From Chlamydiia bacterium (GTDB lineage: Bacteria > Chlamydiota > Chlamydiia > Chlamydiales > 2-12-FULL-49-11): 64,000 nt of DNA. The first letter of the stretch is position 1. Every line of letters starts with the position of its first letter. A program made the position numbers and the translations under genes. Below are positions 1 to 7,638 of this stretch, one piece after another. Location: contig JAJACI010000004.1 in the NCBI GenBank assembly GCA_022601595.1, positions 1,345-65,344 of the forward strand, read 5' to 3'. Below the pieces are notes generated by a model. That model ran no database searches. It worked only from the letters and a program-made list of their open reading frames with translations, and had not been told where the DNA came from.

Positions 1-599
1 GAGATGGATGCGGAGAAAAAACACCATACAGAGGTAAATGCCTGAATATAGAAAAAGGCGGTTATTATTGCAGAGGCGCCTATTAGTATTCCTAGAATTT
101 TTATTCTCAGCGATTTTGCTACCAAAAATGGTACAATGGTAAATAGGAAATAAAACGAAACTCCCCATTTGTTAAATAATGGGTGGTGTATTTTGTAGCA
201 AATGCTGTGCTCGCACACCTGAAGGTGGAAGGAGGTGTGGTAGAAGAAAGGGGAGCCGTACAAGATGCATCCATAGATAAGTCCTAGAAAGGCAGCGACG
301 TAAAAGAATTTTTTCCTTGGGTGATCAAATACGCCAAGAGATAAAGGAACCCAAACAGGCCATAAAAAGAAGGCAAAAAAGAGGAATATGTAGGAGAGAA
401 GTTGGTCAAGGTTGGCATTTTTTCCCAAAAAGAGCCATACAAACCCTTCGCTCAATTGTTGGATCCCAAATAAAAGCGGAATCAAGGCTAAAAGCATAAA
501 AGAAAGATCCTTAGAGCTTAAGGTCTTTTTGATGGTATACACGCTTGTTCCTATTAAAACGGCAGCGGCGATAAAACTTGCTTCGGCTGAAAAACACAT
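1..599 (-). CDS. hypothetical multi-pass membrane protein, partial (C-terminus lies beyond window start)
   Basis: Absent from the ORF track because it is open at the window edge. Hand translation of the minus strand from ATG 599..597 gives MCFSAEASFIAAAVLIGTSVYTIKKTLSS... I checked every codon down to position 3 and found no stop. Several hydrophobic stretches. The + strand ORFs 317..499 and 412..636 are antisense to it. Confidence 0.5.
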   Translation of the reverse strand, partial: MCFSAEASFIAAAVLIGTSVYTIKKTLSSKDLSFMLLALIPLLFGIQQLSEGFVWLFLGKNANLDQLLSYIFLFFAFFLWPVWVPLSLGVFDHPRKKFFYVAAFLGLIYGCILYGSPFFYHTSFHLQVCEHSICYKIHHPLFNKWGVSFYFLFTIVPFLVAKSLRIKILGILIGASAIITAFFYIQAFTSVWCFFSASI

Positions 600-667
600 A
601 ACTTCACCATATATATGCCGCAGTTATTGTCTATAAAAATAAAAGATTTTTAGAATTACCCCTGGTC

Positions 668-699
668 AGGAGACTCTCCTTAAGGAACCTCTGAAAAAC
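668..699. repeat. degenerate F1 terminal-repeat fragments (ggagactctcc / ggaacctctgaaaaac)
   Basis: Matches the F1 terminal inverted repeat GGAGACTCTGA[AT]AAAC seen at the full copies; no element core is present. Confidence 0.4.
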
Positions 700-702
700 T
701 TC

Positions 703-775
703 GCGAGAGAAGGGGCTCGAACCCTCAACTTCCAGCGTGACAGGCTGGTGCTCTAACCAATTGAACTACTCCCGC
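703..775 (-). tRNA. tRNA-Asp (anticodon GTC)
   Basis: Reverse complement reads gcgggagtagttcaattggttagagcaccagcCTGTCACgctgg...ggttcgagccccttctctcgc. Acceptor stem is GCGGGAG/CTCTCGC, the anticodon loop CTGTCAC gives GTC, and a GGTTCGAG T-loop is present. Confidence 0.9.
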
Positions 776-786
776 AAAAGAGAATT

Positions 787-858
787 TGGGCGCAAGAGGA
801 TTTGAACCTCTGACCGCCTGTGTGTAAGACAGGTGCTCTACCACTGAGCTATACGCCC
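787..858 (-). tRNA. tRNA-Val (anticodon TAC)
   Basis: Reverse complement reads gggcgtatagctcagtggtagagcacctgtCTTACACacagg...ggttcaaatcctcttgcgccca. Acceptor stem is GGGCGTA/TGCGCCC and the anticodon loop is CTTACAC. Confidence 0.9.
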
Positions 859-946
859 AAAATCATATGTTTGATCGTTTGATCTGCTTCATATGAAATT
901 TGAGTAACATTGTAGCCTTGATCTAAATATTAATGCAAGTATAATT

Positions 947-1327
947 GTGTCCATGAAGACATATTTTACCATTTTATTCTTATTTTTAGTTTCCTGTAGT
1001 CCCTCAACCCTCTCTGAATGGAGGGTGGAGGGAGTTTCCATTGTAAAAGATTTAGTAGAAGAGCTAAAAGAAATTGATGATTTTAAATCGCTGCAGGCCA
1101 AAAAAGCTTCGATTAAAAAAAAGTATAACAAGCTTGTTGGGGTAATGATAGAAGCGGAAAAATATGAGCAAGAGCAAAACACCTTTTTGCCTGAAAGTTT
1201 TTATAGTGATGCTTTAAAAGCTCAATATATTCGCCTCTACCAAATAGAAGGGTGTAAGGAGCTTTTATTTGCTATTCAAAAGGAAAGTCTGCACAGATTA
1301 GATCTATCTATTACCAAGAAGCTTTAG
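947..1327 (+). CDS. hypothetical lipoprotein
   Basis: 126 aa ORF. The N-terminus MSMKTYFTILFLFLVSCSPS has a signal peptide with a lipobox-like LVSC. The stop codon TAG overlaps the first base of an F1 element. Confidence 0.6.
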   Translation: MSMKTYFTILFLFLVSCSPSTLSEWRVEGVSIVKDLVEELKEIDDFKSLQAKKASIKKKYNKLVGVMIEAEKYEQEQNTFLPESFYSDALKAQYIRLYQIEGCKELLFAIQKESLHRLDLSITKKL

Positions 1328-1486
1328 GAGACTCTGATAAACTGCACTTTTTAGAATTTCTTCAGATTTTTTGAAATACATTCTATTTTGGAGTAAGCGG
1401 CATCCCTCTCGGGATGGGGCGCCACGAAAAATAGAATGGATAAGAAATTTGGAAAATTATAAAACTGCTCGTTTTTCAGAGTCTCC
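1327..1486 (+). mobile_element. F1 MITE-like palindromic element, full copy (160 bp)
   Basis: Termini are ggagactctgataaac ... gtttttcagagtctcc (inverted repeat). The central hairpin is catccc-tctc-gggatg inside an outer stem cattctatttt/aaaatagaatg. It is wedged between the stops of two convergent genes (1327 and 1492). Confidence 0.85.
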
Positions 1487-1491
1487 TTAAT

Positions 1492-2301
1492 TTAGGTTTT
1501 TTTTGAAAAATGTTGTTTGTTCAGCTTTTCAAAGTCCTCTTTATGAAAACTATGGTGTCTGTGGTCTGTTAAATCTTGCACATGAATAGGTACGCAGGTG
1601 ATATATCCCTCTGTAAGAAGGTGGATGTCACTATTGTCCTCTTCATCGTGGTGATCCCACTCTTCTACTAAAGGGTAGCTTGAGGTGCCTTTTAAGCTGG
1701 TGTCACTGCCCACTTTCAAATCCCAAAAAGTTTTACCCTGTTTGGCTAGAGAAAACCCTTTTATGCCATCAATCTTATGAGAAGGAAAATTGATGTTCAT
1801 TAAGGTACCTGCTGGAATGGGGTGATCATGAAAATGCTGCACAATACTTGGGATAAATTTTTCTGCTTTGATAAATTTTTCTTCGTCTTCATCCCACATA
1901 GCGGAAAAGGCAATTCCTGGTACGCCCGCAAAAGTGGCCTGCACGACAGCACCTACAGTGCCGCTATACAAAACATTTCTCCCCGCATTGCTTCCATTAT
2001 TGATTCCAGATATGATAAAGTCCGGTTTTTTATCACACAGGTAATGAAGCGCAAATTTTGTGCAATCGGCAGGAGTTCCAAAGACTTTCCATACCTTTAC
2101 GTCCTCTCCTTCCCATGAGGTTTGCTCGGCCTCTATCATTCTTGATTTAGGTAGAGAGACCCCCACCCCTTTGCAAGATTGATCGAGTGCTGGCGCAACC
2201 ACCGTAACATTTGCAATAGTAGAGAGAGCTTTGTAGAGATGAAAGATGCCTGGAGCATCTACGCTGTCGTCATTGGTGATTACTATATTCCATTTTTTCA
2301 A
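1492..2301 (-). CDS. surE: 5'/3'-nucleotidase SurE
   Basis: 269 aa. N-terminal IVITNDDSVDAPGI and internal SGINNGSNAG / YSGTVGA blocks are typical of the SurE family. Confidence 0.85.
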   Translation of the reverse strand: MKKWNIVITNDDSVDAPGIFHLYKALSTIANVTVVAPALDQSCKGVGVSLPKSRMIEAEQTSWEGEDVKVWKVFGTPADCTKFALHYLCDKKPDFIISGINNGSNAGRNVLYSGTVGAVVQATFAGVPGIAFSAMWDEDEEKFIKAEKFIPSIVQHFHDHPIPAGTLMNINFPSHKIDGIKGFSLAKQGKTFWDLKVGSDTSLKGTSSYPLVEEWDHHDEEDNSDIHLLTEGYITCVPIHVQDLTDHRHHSFHKEDFEKLNKQHFSKKT

Positions 2302-2369
2302 GGGAGACTCCTTCTTATTATTTTCTGTTATTCTTTTAGATAGTACATTACAGAGTATAATAGAAGTAC

Positions 2370-3149
2370 TTATTTTCTCAGGGATTTATCACTGCCATAT
2401 TCTTTGAGGGCATGAAAGAGATTTACCTTTGCATTTGGAAAATGTTCTATCAGATTTTTGAGTATCTCTTTGACGTCCCTTCTCTTTGATTTTGCTCCAA
2501 CAGGGCATTGGCAGGTGAGGCGAAAAAATCCCTTTTGCTTGGCAAATTCTAAAATTTCTTTTTCTAGTACATAATATAAAGGTCTTACGATAGTGATCCC
2601 ATAATCATGCATAGGAACTTTTGGTAGCTGGGATGCAAATTCCCCTTTGTGAAGTAGATTGAGCAGCAGAGTTTCTAATGTATCATCTTTATGATGACCA
2701 AAAGCAATCTCTTTACAGCCCAGCTCTTTAGCCTTGTTAAAGATAAGCGAGCGCCGTTCTCTCGAGCAGGAGTAACATTCTAAGTTGGAGAGTGTTTTTG
2801 TTGATTCCAAAGTGATTAGAGGGGTATCCATTTCTTTGCAAAAAGCTTGAATGTGTGATTTAGCAATAGATGGGCCGCAGGAAAACTCCCCATCTACATA
2901 GATAGCATAGATTTTCAGATCCTTAAAGCCACGCCCTGCAATCTTTTTAAGCATATAAAGCATGGTTAAAGAATCTTTTCCTCCACTTAAGGCAACGGCA
3001 AGAGGGGAGGATTCTCCTATTTTATGAGCATAAAGCGCTTTTCTTACAAGACTTTCAAGTTTTTTTTCTAATCTAGTGGGAGCCACTTTTGCTATACTTT
3101 TAGTAGAATTCATGGTTATACTATACAGTGAATGTATTAATCCTTGCAA
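2370..3149 (-). CDS. ttcA: PP-loop ATPase, TtcA-like tRNA 2-thiocytidine synthetase family
   Basis: PP-loop SGGKDS, plus Cys motifs CYSCSRERR and CQCP as in TtcA-type tRNA thiolases. The start may instead be the internal Met at 3113 (MNSTKS). Confidence 0.7.
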   Translation of the reverse strand: MQGLIHSLYSITMNSTKSIAKVAPTRLEKKLESLVRKALYAHKIGESSPLAVALSGGKDSLTMLYMLKKIAGRGFKDLKIYAIYVDGEFSCGPSIAKSHIQAFCKEMDTPLITLESTKTLSNLECYSCSRERRSLIFNKAKELGCKEIAFGHHKDDTLETLLLNLLHKGEFASQLPKVPMHDYGITIVRPLYYVLEKEILEFAKQKGFFRLTCQCPVGAKSKRRDVKEILKNLIEHFPNAKVNLFHALKEYGSDKSLRK

Positions 3150-3194
3150 GGATAGTACTATTTAATGATAGTGAAATTAAGATAAAGGCTTGTT

Positions 3195-3446
3195 ATGACA
3201 GAAAAATGTGGAAGAAATGATCCATGTCCTTGTGGATCAGGAAAAAAATATAAGAAATGTTGCGGCGTTCAAAAAAAACTTGCCCAAAGAAATGCGACCA
3301 TTATGGATGCCTCATCTGCTGGATCTTTACTGGGTAGAATTAGTCATAGTAGCGGTATGAACACCCTTTCAGGAGAAAATCAAAAATCTCTTAAGGATAG
3401 AATTTCTAAAACAATAAATGACTCTGAGAATAAAAAAAGTGAGTAA
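3195..3446 (+). CDS. SEC-C motif domain protein
   Basis: 83 aa with N-terminal [19 protein letters not shown], the SecA C-terminal type zinc-binding motif. Confidence 0.7.
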   Translation: MTEKCGRNDPCPCGSGKKYKKCCGVQKKLAQRNATIMDASSAGSLLGRISHSSGMNTLSGENQKSLKDRISKTINDSENKKSE

Positions 3447-3503
3447 TTGAAGAAAAAGATTGCCCCAATTTCTGATTATTGATAGAATTATCGTTTCCAT
3501 TTT

Positions 3504-3576
3504 GCTGGCGTAGCTCAACTGGTAGAGTACCCGACTTGTAATCGGATGGTTGGGGGTTCGAGTCCCTTCGCCAGCA
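3504..3576 (+). tRNA. tRNA-Thr (anticodon TGT)
   Basis: gctggcgtagctcaactggtagagtacccgaCTTGTAAtcgg...ggttcgagtcccttcgccagca. Acceptor stem is GCTGGCG/CGCCAGC and the anticodon loop is CTTGTAA. Confidence 0.9.
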
Positions 3577-3607
3577 AAATTTTCTCAAAATAGACTCTAT
3601 TTTGAGC

Positions 3608-3691
3608 GGGAGAGTCGCATAGTGGCCAATTGCAAGAGACTGTAAATCTCTCAACCTTCGGTTTACGTGAGTTCGAATCTCACCTCTCCCA
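3608..3691 (+). tRNA. tRNA-Tyr (anticodon GTA), long variable arm
   Basis: gggagagtcgcatagtggcc...agagaCTGTAAAtctct followed by a long extra arm (caaccttcggtttacg) and gagttcgaatctcacctctccca. This is the class II architecture typical of bacterial tRNA-Tyr. Confidence 0.88.
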
Positions 3692-3716
3692 TTTTCCATA
3701 AAACAGACCGTATATA

Positions 3717-3873
3717 TATAGTCATTACCGTTTCATATGACGCACTAAGCAAATTTTTGTAGCTTTTTGATAAATGCATCTCACTAATATTTAAAATATT
3801 AGCTCGCTGAACCCTCTAAAAATCCCTCAAAAATTCATTGAACAGTACGTCATAAGGAACGCTAACGACTATA
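3717..3873 (+). mobile_element. F2 MITE-like element, full copy (157 bp)
   Basis: Imperfect terminal inverted repeats of about 30 bp, tatagtcattaccgtttcatatgacgcact ... gtacgtcataaggaacgctaacgactata. Central palindrome ctaatatttaaaatattag. TA on both flanks. Lies 27 bp upstream of the CDS at 3900. Confidence 0.8.
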
Positions 3874-3899
3874 TCCACCAAAATCAAAGGGAGGTTATT

Positions 3900-5195
3900 T
3901 TGCAAGTAGCAGCAACAGTTCCAGTTATCGCAGAGGTGCCAACTCCAGTTAGTGCTGAGGTTAGTGCTGAGGTCAAGTGGATGGAGAGTCATAAGAAGAT
4001 TATAGGTAAGGGTGTTAAAGCAATAGGACCGCTTGATCTGACTATAATAGGGCAAGCATCTTCGGGTGAACCTATGATTGATCTTATCATTGGTGCAACT
4101 TTTCCTTTATTTTCAAAGGTAGTATTAAGTATCTATAAACCTATGGAACCGGATAGAGTGGTTGCCCTATATATAAATGACCGACTTGCCGATTTTTCCC
4201 CCGCAACTAATCTAGTAGAAGAAATTCGATCCCGTGTCTATTCATACTTACACGCTGTTCTGCAAGCAAAGACTGTACCTCAAGCTAAAAGGGTGCAGTT
4301 TTATTTACCATATGATGTTTGTAAGCAGGTTCTTGCTCAAGTGGAACCGTATCGAGACGCAAAAACAGCTCTTTTACCAGAAGTTCAACTTTCGACGATG
4401 ACACTTGATATGTTTAGGAAAAATGCTCTAAGTACAAATGATCCTGATGCTCTTATTGCTATGTCCAAATGGAAAGATCTCAAAGATCCCTCTGGCAGAT
4501 GGGAAGGGCCCTCTGCAAAAATGGTATCTATGCCTAATGTTGATTGGCTGTGCAAGGCTTATGAGCTTTGTTCAGAGGAAGAGTTAGATCAATTGGTAGA
4601 TGTTAGGAAATATTTTCCTGAGGATGATAGTATACCTCTACCCAGGCGTGTTGTTAGGCACAGTCAAGTGTTTGCTCCACATTGCAAACCAATTGCAACA
4701 TTTTTGCAAAAACTTCCCTCTCCCATTGGTATAGATCTTGTGTTGACAGAGCCTGCCAGTTTTGAACTTTTTTCTGACATTGGAAATTTTATGCAAGGAG
4801 CAAAGGCTATACATAGCATAAAATTCCATTTTGAGGGTCCAGGCAATAAGAGAATGTTAAAAAAAGCAGAGGTAGCCGCTCTTGCGCATGCAATAGTGGC
4901 GAGTAAAACTTTAGAAGAGATAGAGTTCAAGGGTTTTGCAATCCCAGAAGAATCTTTTGATCTGTTATTATCTGCAATTTCAGAAACACAGGCACCTATA
5001 GCTGCTCTTGTTTTTGACAATTGCTCGGCAGCAAAACTGGTAAAAAGATTCCAAGTATTTATCCAAAACAATCGTGGGATCATCTATGCATCAATGGAAG
5101 GGGCGAAAGGGGCAAAAGAAGGCTCCCTCGATTATATATCTCCAGATGATGAGGAAAAAGTTTATGACCTTGCTCAGGAAAATCGACCTTCATGA
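3900..5195 (+). CDS. hypothetical protein with LRR-like (RNI-type) C-terminus, paralog 1
   Basis: 431 aa. TTG start preceded by GGGAGG 7 nt upstream. Colinear similarity to 5656..6879: WMESHKK/WLESHKM, NVDWLCKA/NINWLCKA, LEEIEFKGFAIPEESFDLLLSAISETQAP/LEEIHFENFTLTKETFEMLLSAISKTEAP. Confidence 0.8.
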   Translation: MQVAATVPVIAEVPTPVSAEVSAEVKWMESHKKIIGKGVKAIGPLDLTIIGQASSGEPMIDLIIGATFPLFSKVVLSIYKPMEPDRVVALYINDRLADFSPATNLVEEIRSRVYSYLHAVLQAKTVPQAKRVQFYLPYDVCKQVLAQVEPYRDAKTALLPEVQLSTMTLDMFRKNALSTNDPDALIAMSKWKDLKDPSGRWEGPSAKMVSMPNVDWLCKAYELCSEEELDQLVDVRKYFPEDDSIPLPRRVVRHSQVFAPHCKPIATFLQKLPSPIGIDLVLTEPASFELFSDIGNFMQGAKAIHSIKFHFEGPGNKRMLKKAEVAALAHAIVASKTLEEIEFKGFAIPEESFDLLLSAISETQAPIAALVFDNCSAAKLVKRFQVFIQNNRGIIYASMEGAKGAKEGSLDYISPDDEEKVYDLAQENRPS

Positions 5196-5199
5196 TTAA

Positions 5200-5572
5200 G
5201 GAGACTCTGAAAAACGAGCAGTTTTATAATCTCCCAGATTTCTTATAAATCCTATTTTTCATTTCGCTCCATCCCGACAGGGATGCAGCTCACTCCAAAA
5301 TCGGATGTATTTCGTAAAATCTGAAAAATTCTAAAAAGTGCAGTTTATCATCGTCTCCTAAGAAGACTCTGATGAACGAGCAGTTTTATAATCTCCCAGA
5401 TTTCTTATCAATCCTATTTTTCGCTTCGCCCCATCCCGAGAGGGATGCAGCTTACTCCAAAATCGGATGTATTTCAAAAAATCTGAAAAATTCTAAAAAG
5501 TGCAGTTTATCATCGTCTCCTAAGAAGACTCTGAAAAACGAGCAGTTTTATAATCTCCCAGATTTCTTATAA
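5200..5572 (-). repeat. head-to-tail array of F1 elements (2 full copies plus 1 partial, period 162 bp)
   Basis: The units start at 5200, 5362 and 5524. Each begins with g[ga]agactctga[at][ag]aacgagcagttttataatctcccagatttctta. ORF 5372..5572 lies wholly inside the repeats. Confidence 0.85.
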
Positions 5573-5655
5573 ACCCTCAGAACGTGCTCCTCCTTGAAAA
5601 AAAGATCTTGTAGTGGTATGATCTTTACAAAAATCTACCACCAAAGGAAAGTATA

Positions 5656-6879
5656 ATGGAAGCAGTTACCCCAAACCTGCCAGTAAGAGCAGAGTCAGTT
5701 AGTGATGAAAGAAGGTGGCTTGAGAGTCATAAAATGGCAGGTCCCTTTAAGGTAACCGTATCAAATATAGAGCATGAACACCGTAAATATTTTAGCTTTT
5801 ATTTATTTCCAAAAGTCGAGGTGATTGCCTATGAATATTTATCAATGAACCATAATGTGTTAGTTACGACTATAGAGAGTCGAGTTGTTAATTATTATAA
5901 ATTATCTAATGAGCGTGTTGTTACTAAAATCATAGAAATAGTCAAGAGACATTTAAAACCAGCAGCTGTAGATTCTGCAGTGTGTTTTCCATATCATTTT
6001 TGTGAACAGATTCTTCAAGATCTAAAGTGCTATCGAGATACGGAAACTAACGTTTTACCTAAAATTTCTCTTTCAAGTATGACGCTTAGGCGGCTACAGG
6101 AAAGAGTGATCAGTCAAAGAGATGTTGATGGTGCTATTTTACTATCACGTCATAAGTGCAGATTCAGTACACAAATAACAGAGCCATTTAATATTAATTG
6201 GTTGTGCAAGGCGCAGCAATTTTTGGGAGAAAAAAGCATTAGTGAATTGGTAGATCTTGGTGTATATTTTCCTAAAATCCCAAAAAGTTCCCAGCATCCC
6301 AATGAGCATTGTACTTTTGTTCACGGTGAAATATTTCAACCAGGTTGCGCTCCTATTGTAGAATATGTGCAAACCCTTAAATATTTTACGCGCTTAGATC
6401 TAAGTTTGAGCGCTCCTTCTTATTTAGAGCTTTTTACGGGCATTACCAATTTTATGGAGGGGACAGGTCGTATAGAAAGTATATCTTTGACTTACCTCGA
6501 TATGGGATCTTCAAATCGCGTTCTAGAAGAGAATGCGATGGCAGTTCTTGCGCAAGCTATAACAGATAGTAAAGTATTAGAAGAGATACACTTTGAGAAT
6601 TTCACCTTAACCAAAGAGACTTTTGAGATGTTATTATCTGCTATTTCAAAAACAGAGGCGCCTGTGCGCTTTCTCACATTCAACAATTGCTCGACAGGCA
6701 AGCTAGTTGAGAGCTTTAAGACATTCCTTCAAGCTACCCCAAAAATCACCTATGCTACAATGAGAGGGATGAAAGCTGATGCTTTGGACAAAGATTCTGT
6801 GAACTATATCTCAAAGCAAGATGAAAATGAAATTTATCAGCTCTCCTTAGCAAATAAAGCAAATAAAGCAAAAAAATAG
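5656..6879 (+). CDS. hypothetical protein with LRR-like C-terminus, paralog 2
   Basis: 407 aa, colinear with 3900..5195 (see that entry). ATG preceded by aaggaaag. Confidence 0.8.
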   Translation: MEAVTPNLPVRAESVSDERRWLESHKMAGPFKVTVSNIEHEHRKYFSFYLFPKVEVIAYEYLSMNHNVLVTTIESRVVNYYKLSNERVVTKIIEIVKRHLKPAAVDSAVCFPYHFCEQILQDLKCYRDTETNVLPKISLSSMTLRRLQERVISQRDVDGAILLSRHKCRFSTQITEPFNINWLCKAQQFLGEKSISELVDLGVYFPKIPKSSQHPNEHCTFVHGEIFQPGCAPIVEYVQTLKYFTRLDLSLSAPSYLELFTGITNFMEGTGRIESISLTYLDMGSSNRVLEENAMAVLAQAITDSKVLEEIHFENFTLTKETFEMLLSAISKTEAPVRFLTFNNCSTGKLVESFKTFLQATPKITYATMRGMKADALDKDSVNYISKQDENEIYQLSLANKANKAKK

Positions 6880-6881
6880 AT

Positions 6882-7574
6882 TTACAAGATGTTTTTGTCG
6901 TTGGATAAGGTGAGTAGAATCCACGGCGTTTTAAGGGTGCACACTTGGTCAGGGTTTTGCCCTTCGTATATTTTTTCGGTGAGCTCTTGAGCACAGAGTA
7001 CTTTTTCGGGCCCTTGTAAGGTGGTGAGATGGGTAAGTTGTTGTAAAAGGTGGGTTTTCAGGCTTTGTTTGGAATAAAAAGCTAGGTTTTCTATCATTTC
7101 TTCAATTAAGATACTTTCAAATGGCGCGGCAAGTACAGCCTCTTCAATATCAGCTCTAGTACGTTTTTGAAAGGGAGCGTTTTGTGTGCTCTCTTTCCAT
7201 GGATCTTCTGCTAAAGCCGTTTCGATAAGGGGCGTAGAGGAGAGGGGAAAGTAAAGAAGTGCTTCTTCAGTAAGGTGTTTATGAATATGGATTAAGATGT
7301 TGGTCAGATCTTTTTCCAGGTGGAGGGTTCCCATGGAGTAGATGTTGGTAAAGTTCTTTTCAAGAGCAAATGAGGCAAGGTCGTGTGTCTGAAACGTTTT
7401 ATCTTGGTGCTGGCTATGTGCATTTCGTATTTTTGAGATAGAGGAGTCGATGGTGACGGTTCCTTTAGGGAGGGTATGAACAAGAGAGCTGTTGTAACCA
7501 ACCACCAGAATATGATCTTGCTCGCTAAAATCTTTATTTTGAAATATTTCGGTAGAAAGGGCTTTGTCGTTCAT
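6882..7574 (-). CDS. hypothetical protein
   Basis: 230 aa ORF with no motif I can name. Weak resemblance to a methyltransferase fold (ILVVGYNSS) but without a Gly-rich SAM loop. Converges on the previous gene with a 2 nt gap. Confidence 0.55.
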   Translation of the reverse strand: MNDKALSTEIFQNKDFSEQDHILVVGYNSSLVHTLPKGTVTIDSSISKIRNAHSQHQDKTFQTHDLASFALEKNFTNIYSMGTLHLEKDLTNILIHIHKHLTEEALLYFPLSSTPLIETALAEDPWKESTQNAPFQKRTRADIEEAVLAAPFESILIEEMIENLAFYSKQSLKTHLLQQLTHLTTLQGPEKVLCAQELTEKIYEGQNPDQVCTLKTPWILLTLSNDKNIL

Positions 7575-7638
7575 GATTTTATTTTAATAAGAAAGGTTTT
7601 CCTTGTCTATTTATTCCTTTGGTGTAATAGGTTGGTAT

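Noticed and set aside
317-636. ORFs 317..499 and 412..636 on the + strand
   Set aside because: Both are antisense to a longer uninterrupted minus-strand frame (599 to the window edge) with a membrane-protein-like translation. Their own translations are Lys/Arg-rich with no features.
1327-1340. AAGGAG in the F1 terminal repeat acting as a Shine-Dalgarno site
   Set aside because: The motif faces into the element, and no start codon follows at a suitable distance in the consensus. It is best regarded as part of the inverted repeat. It does produce spurious SD-like signals, for example near 41876.
3406-3699. 97 aa minus-strand ORF
   Set aside because: It overlaps tRNA-Thr and tRNA-Tyr on the opposite strand, so it is an artefact of the tRNA sequences.
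5372-5572. 66 aa ORF inside the F1 tandem array
   Set aside because: It lies entirely within repeat units, begins at an ATG created by a variant terminal repeat (gactctgATGaac), and its translation repeats itself.
5200-5572. Possible CRISPR array (regularly spaced repeats)
   Set aside because: The 162 bp units are contiguous copies of the whole F1 element with no unique spacers. No cas genes are in the window.
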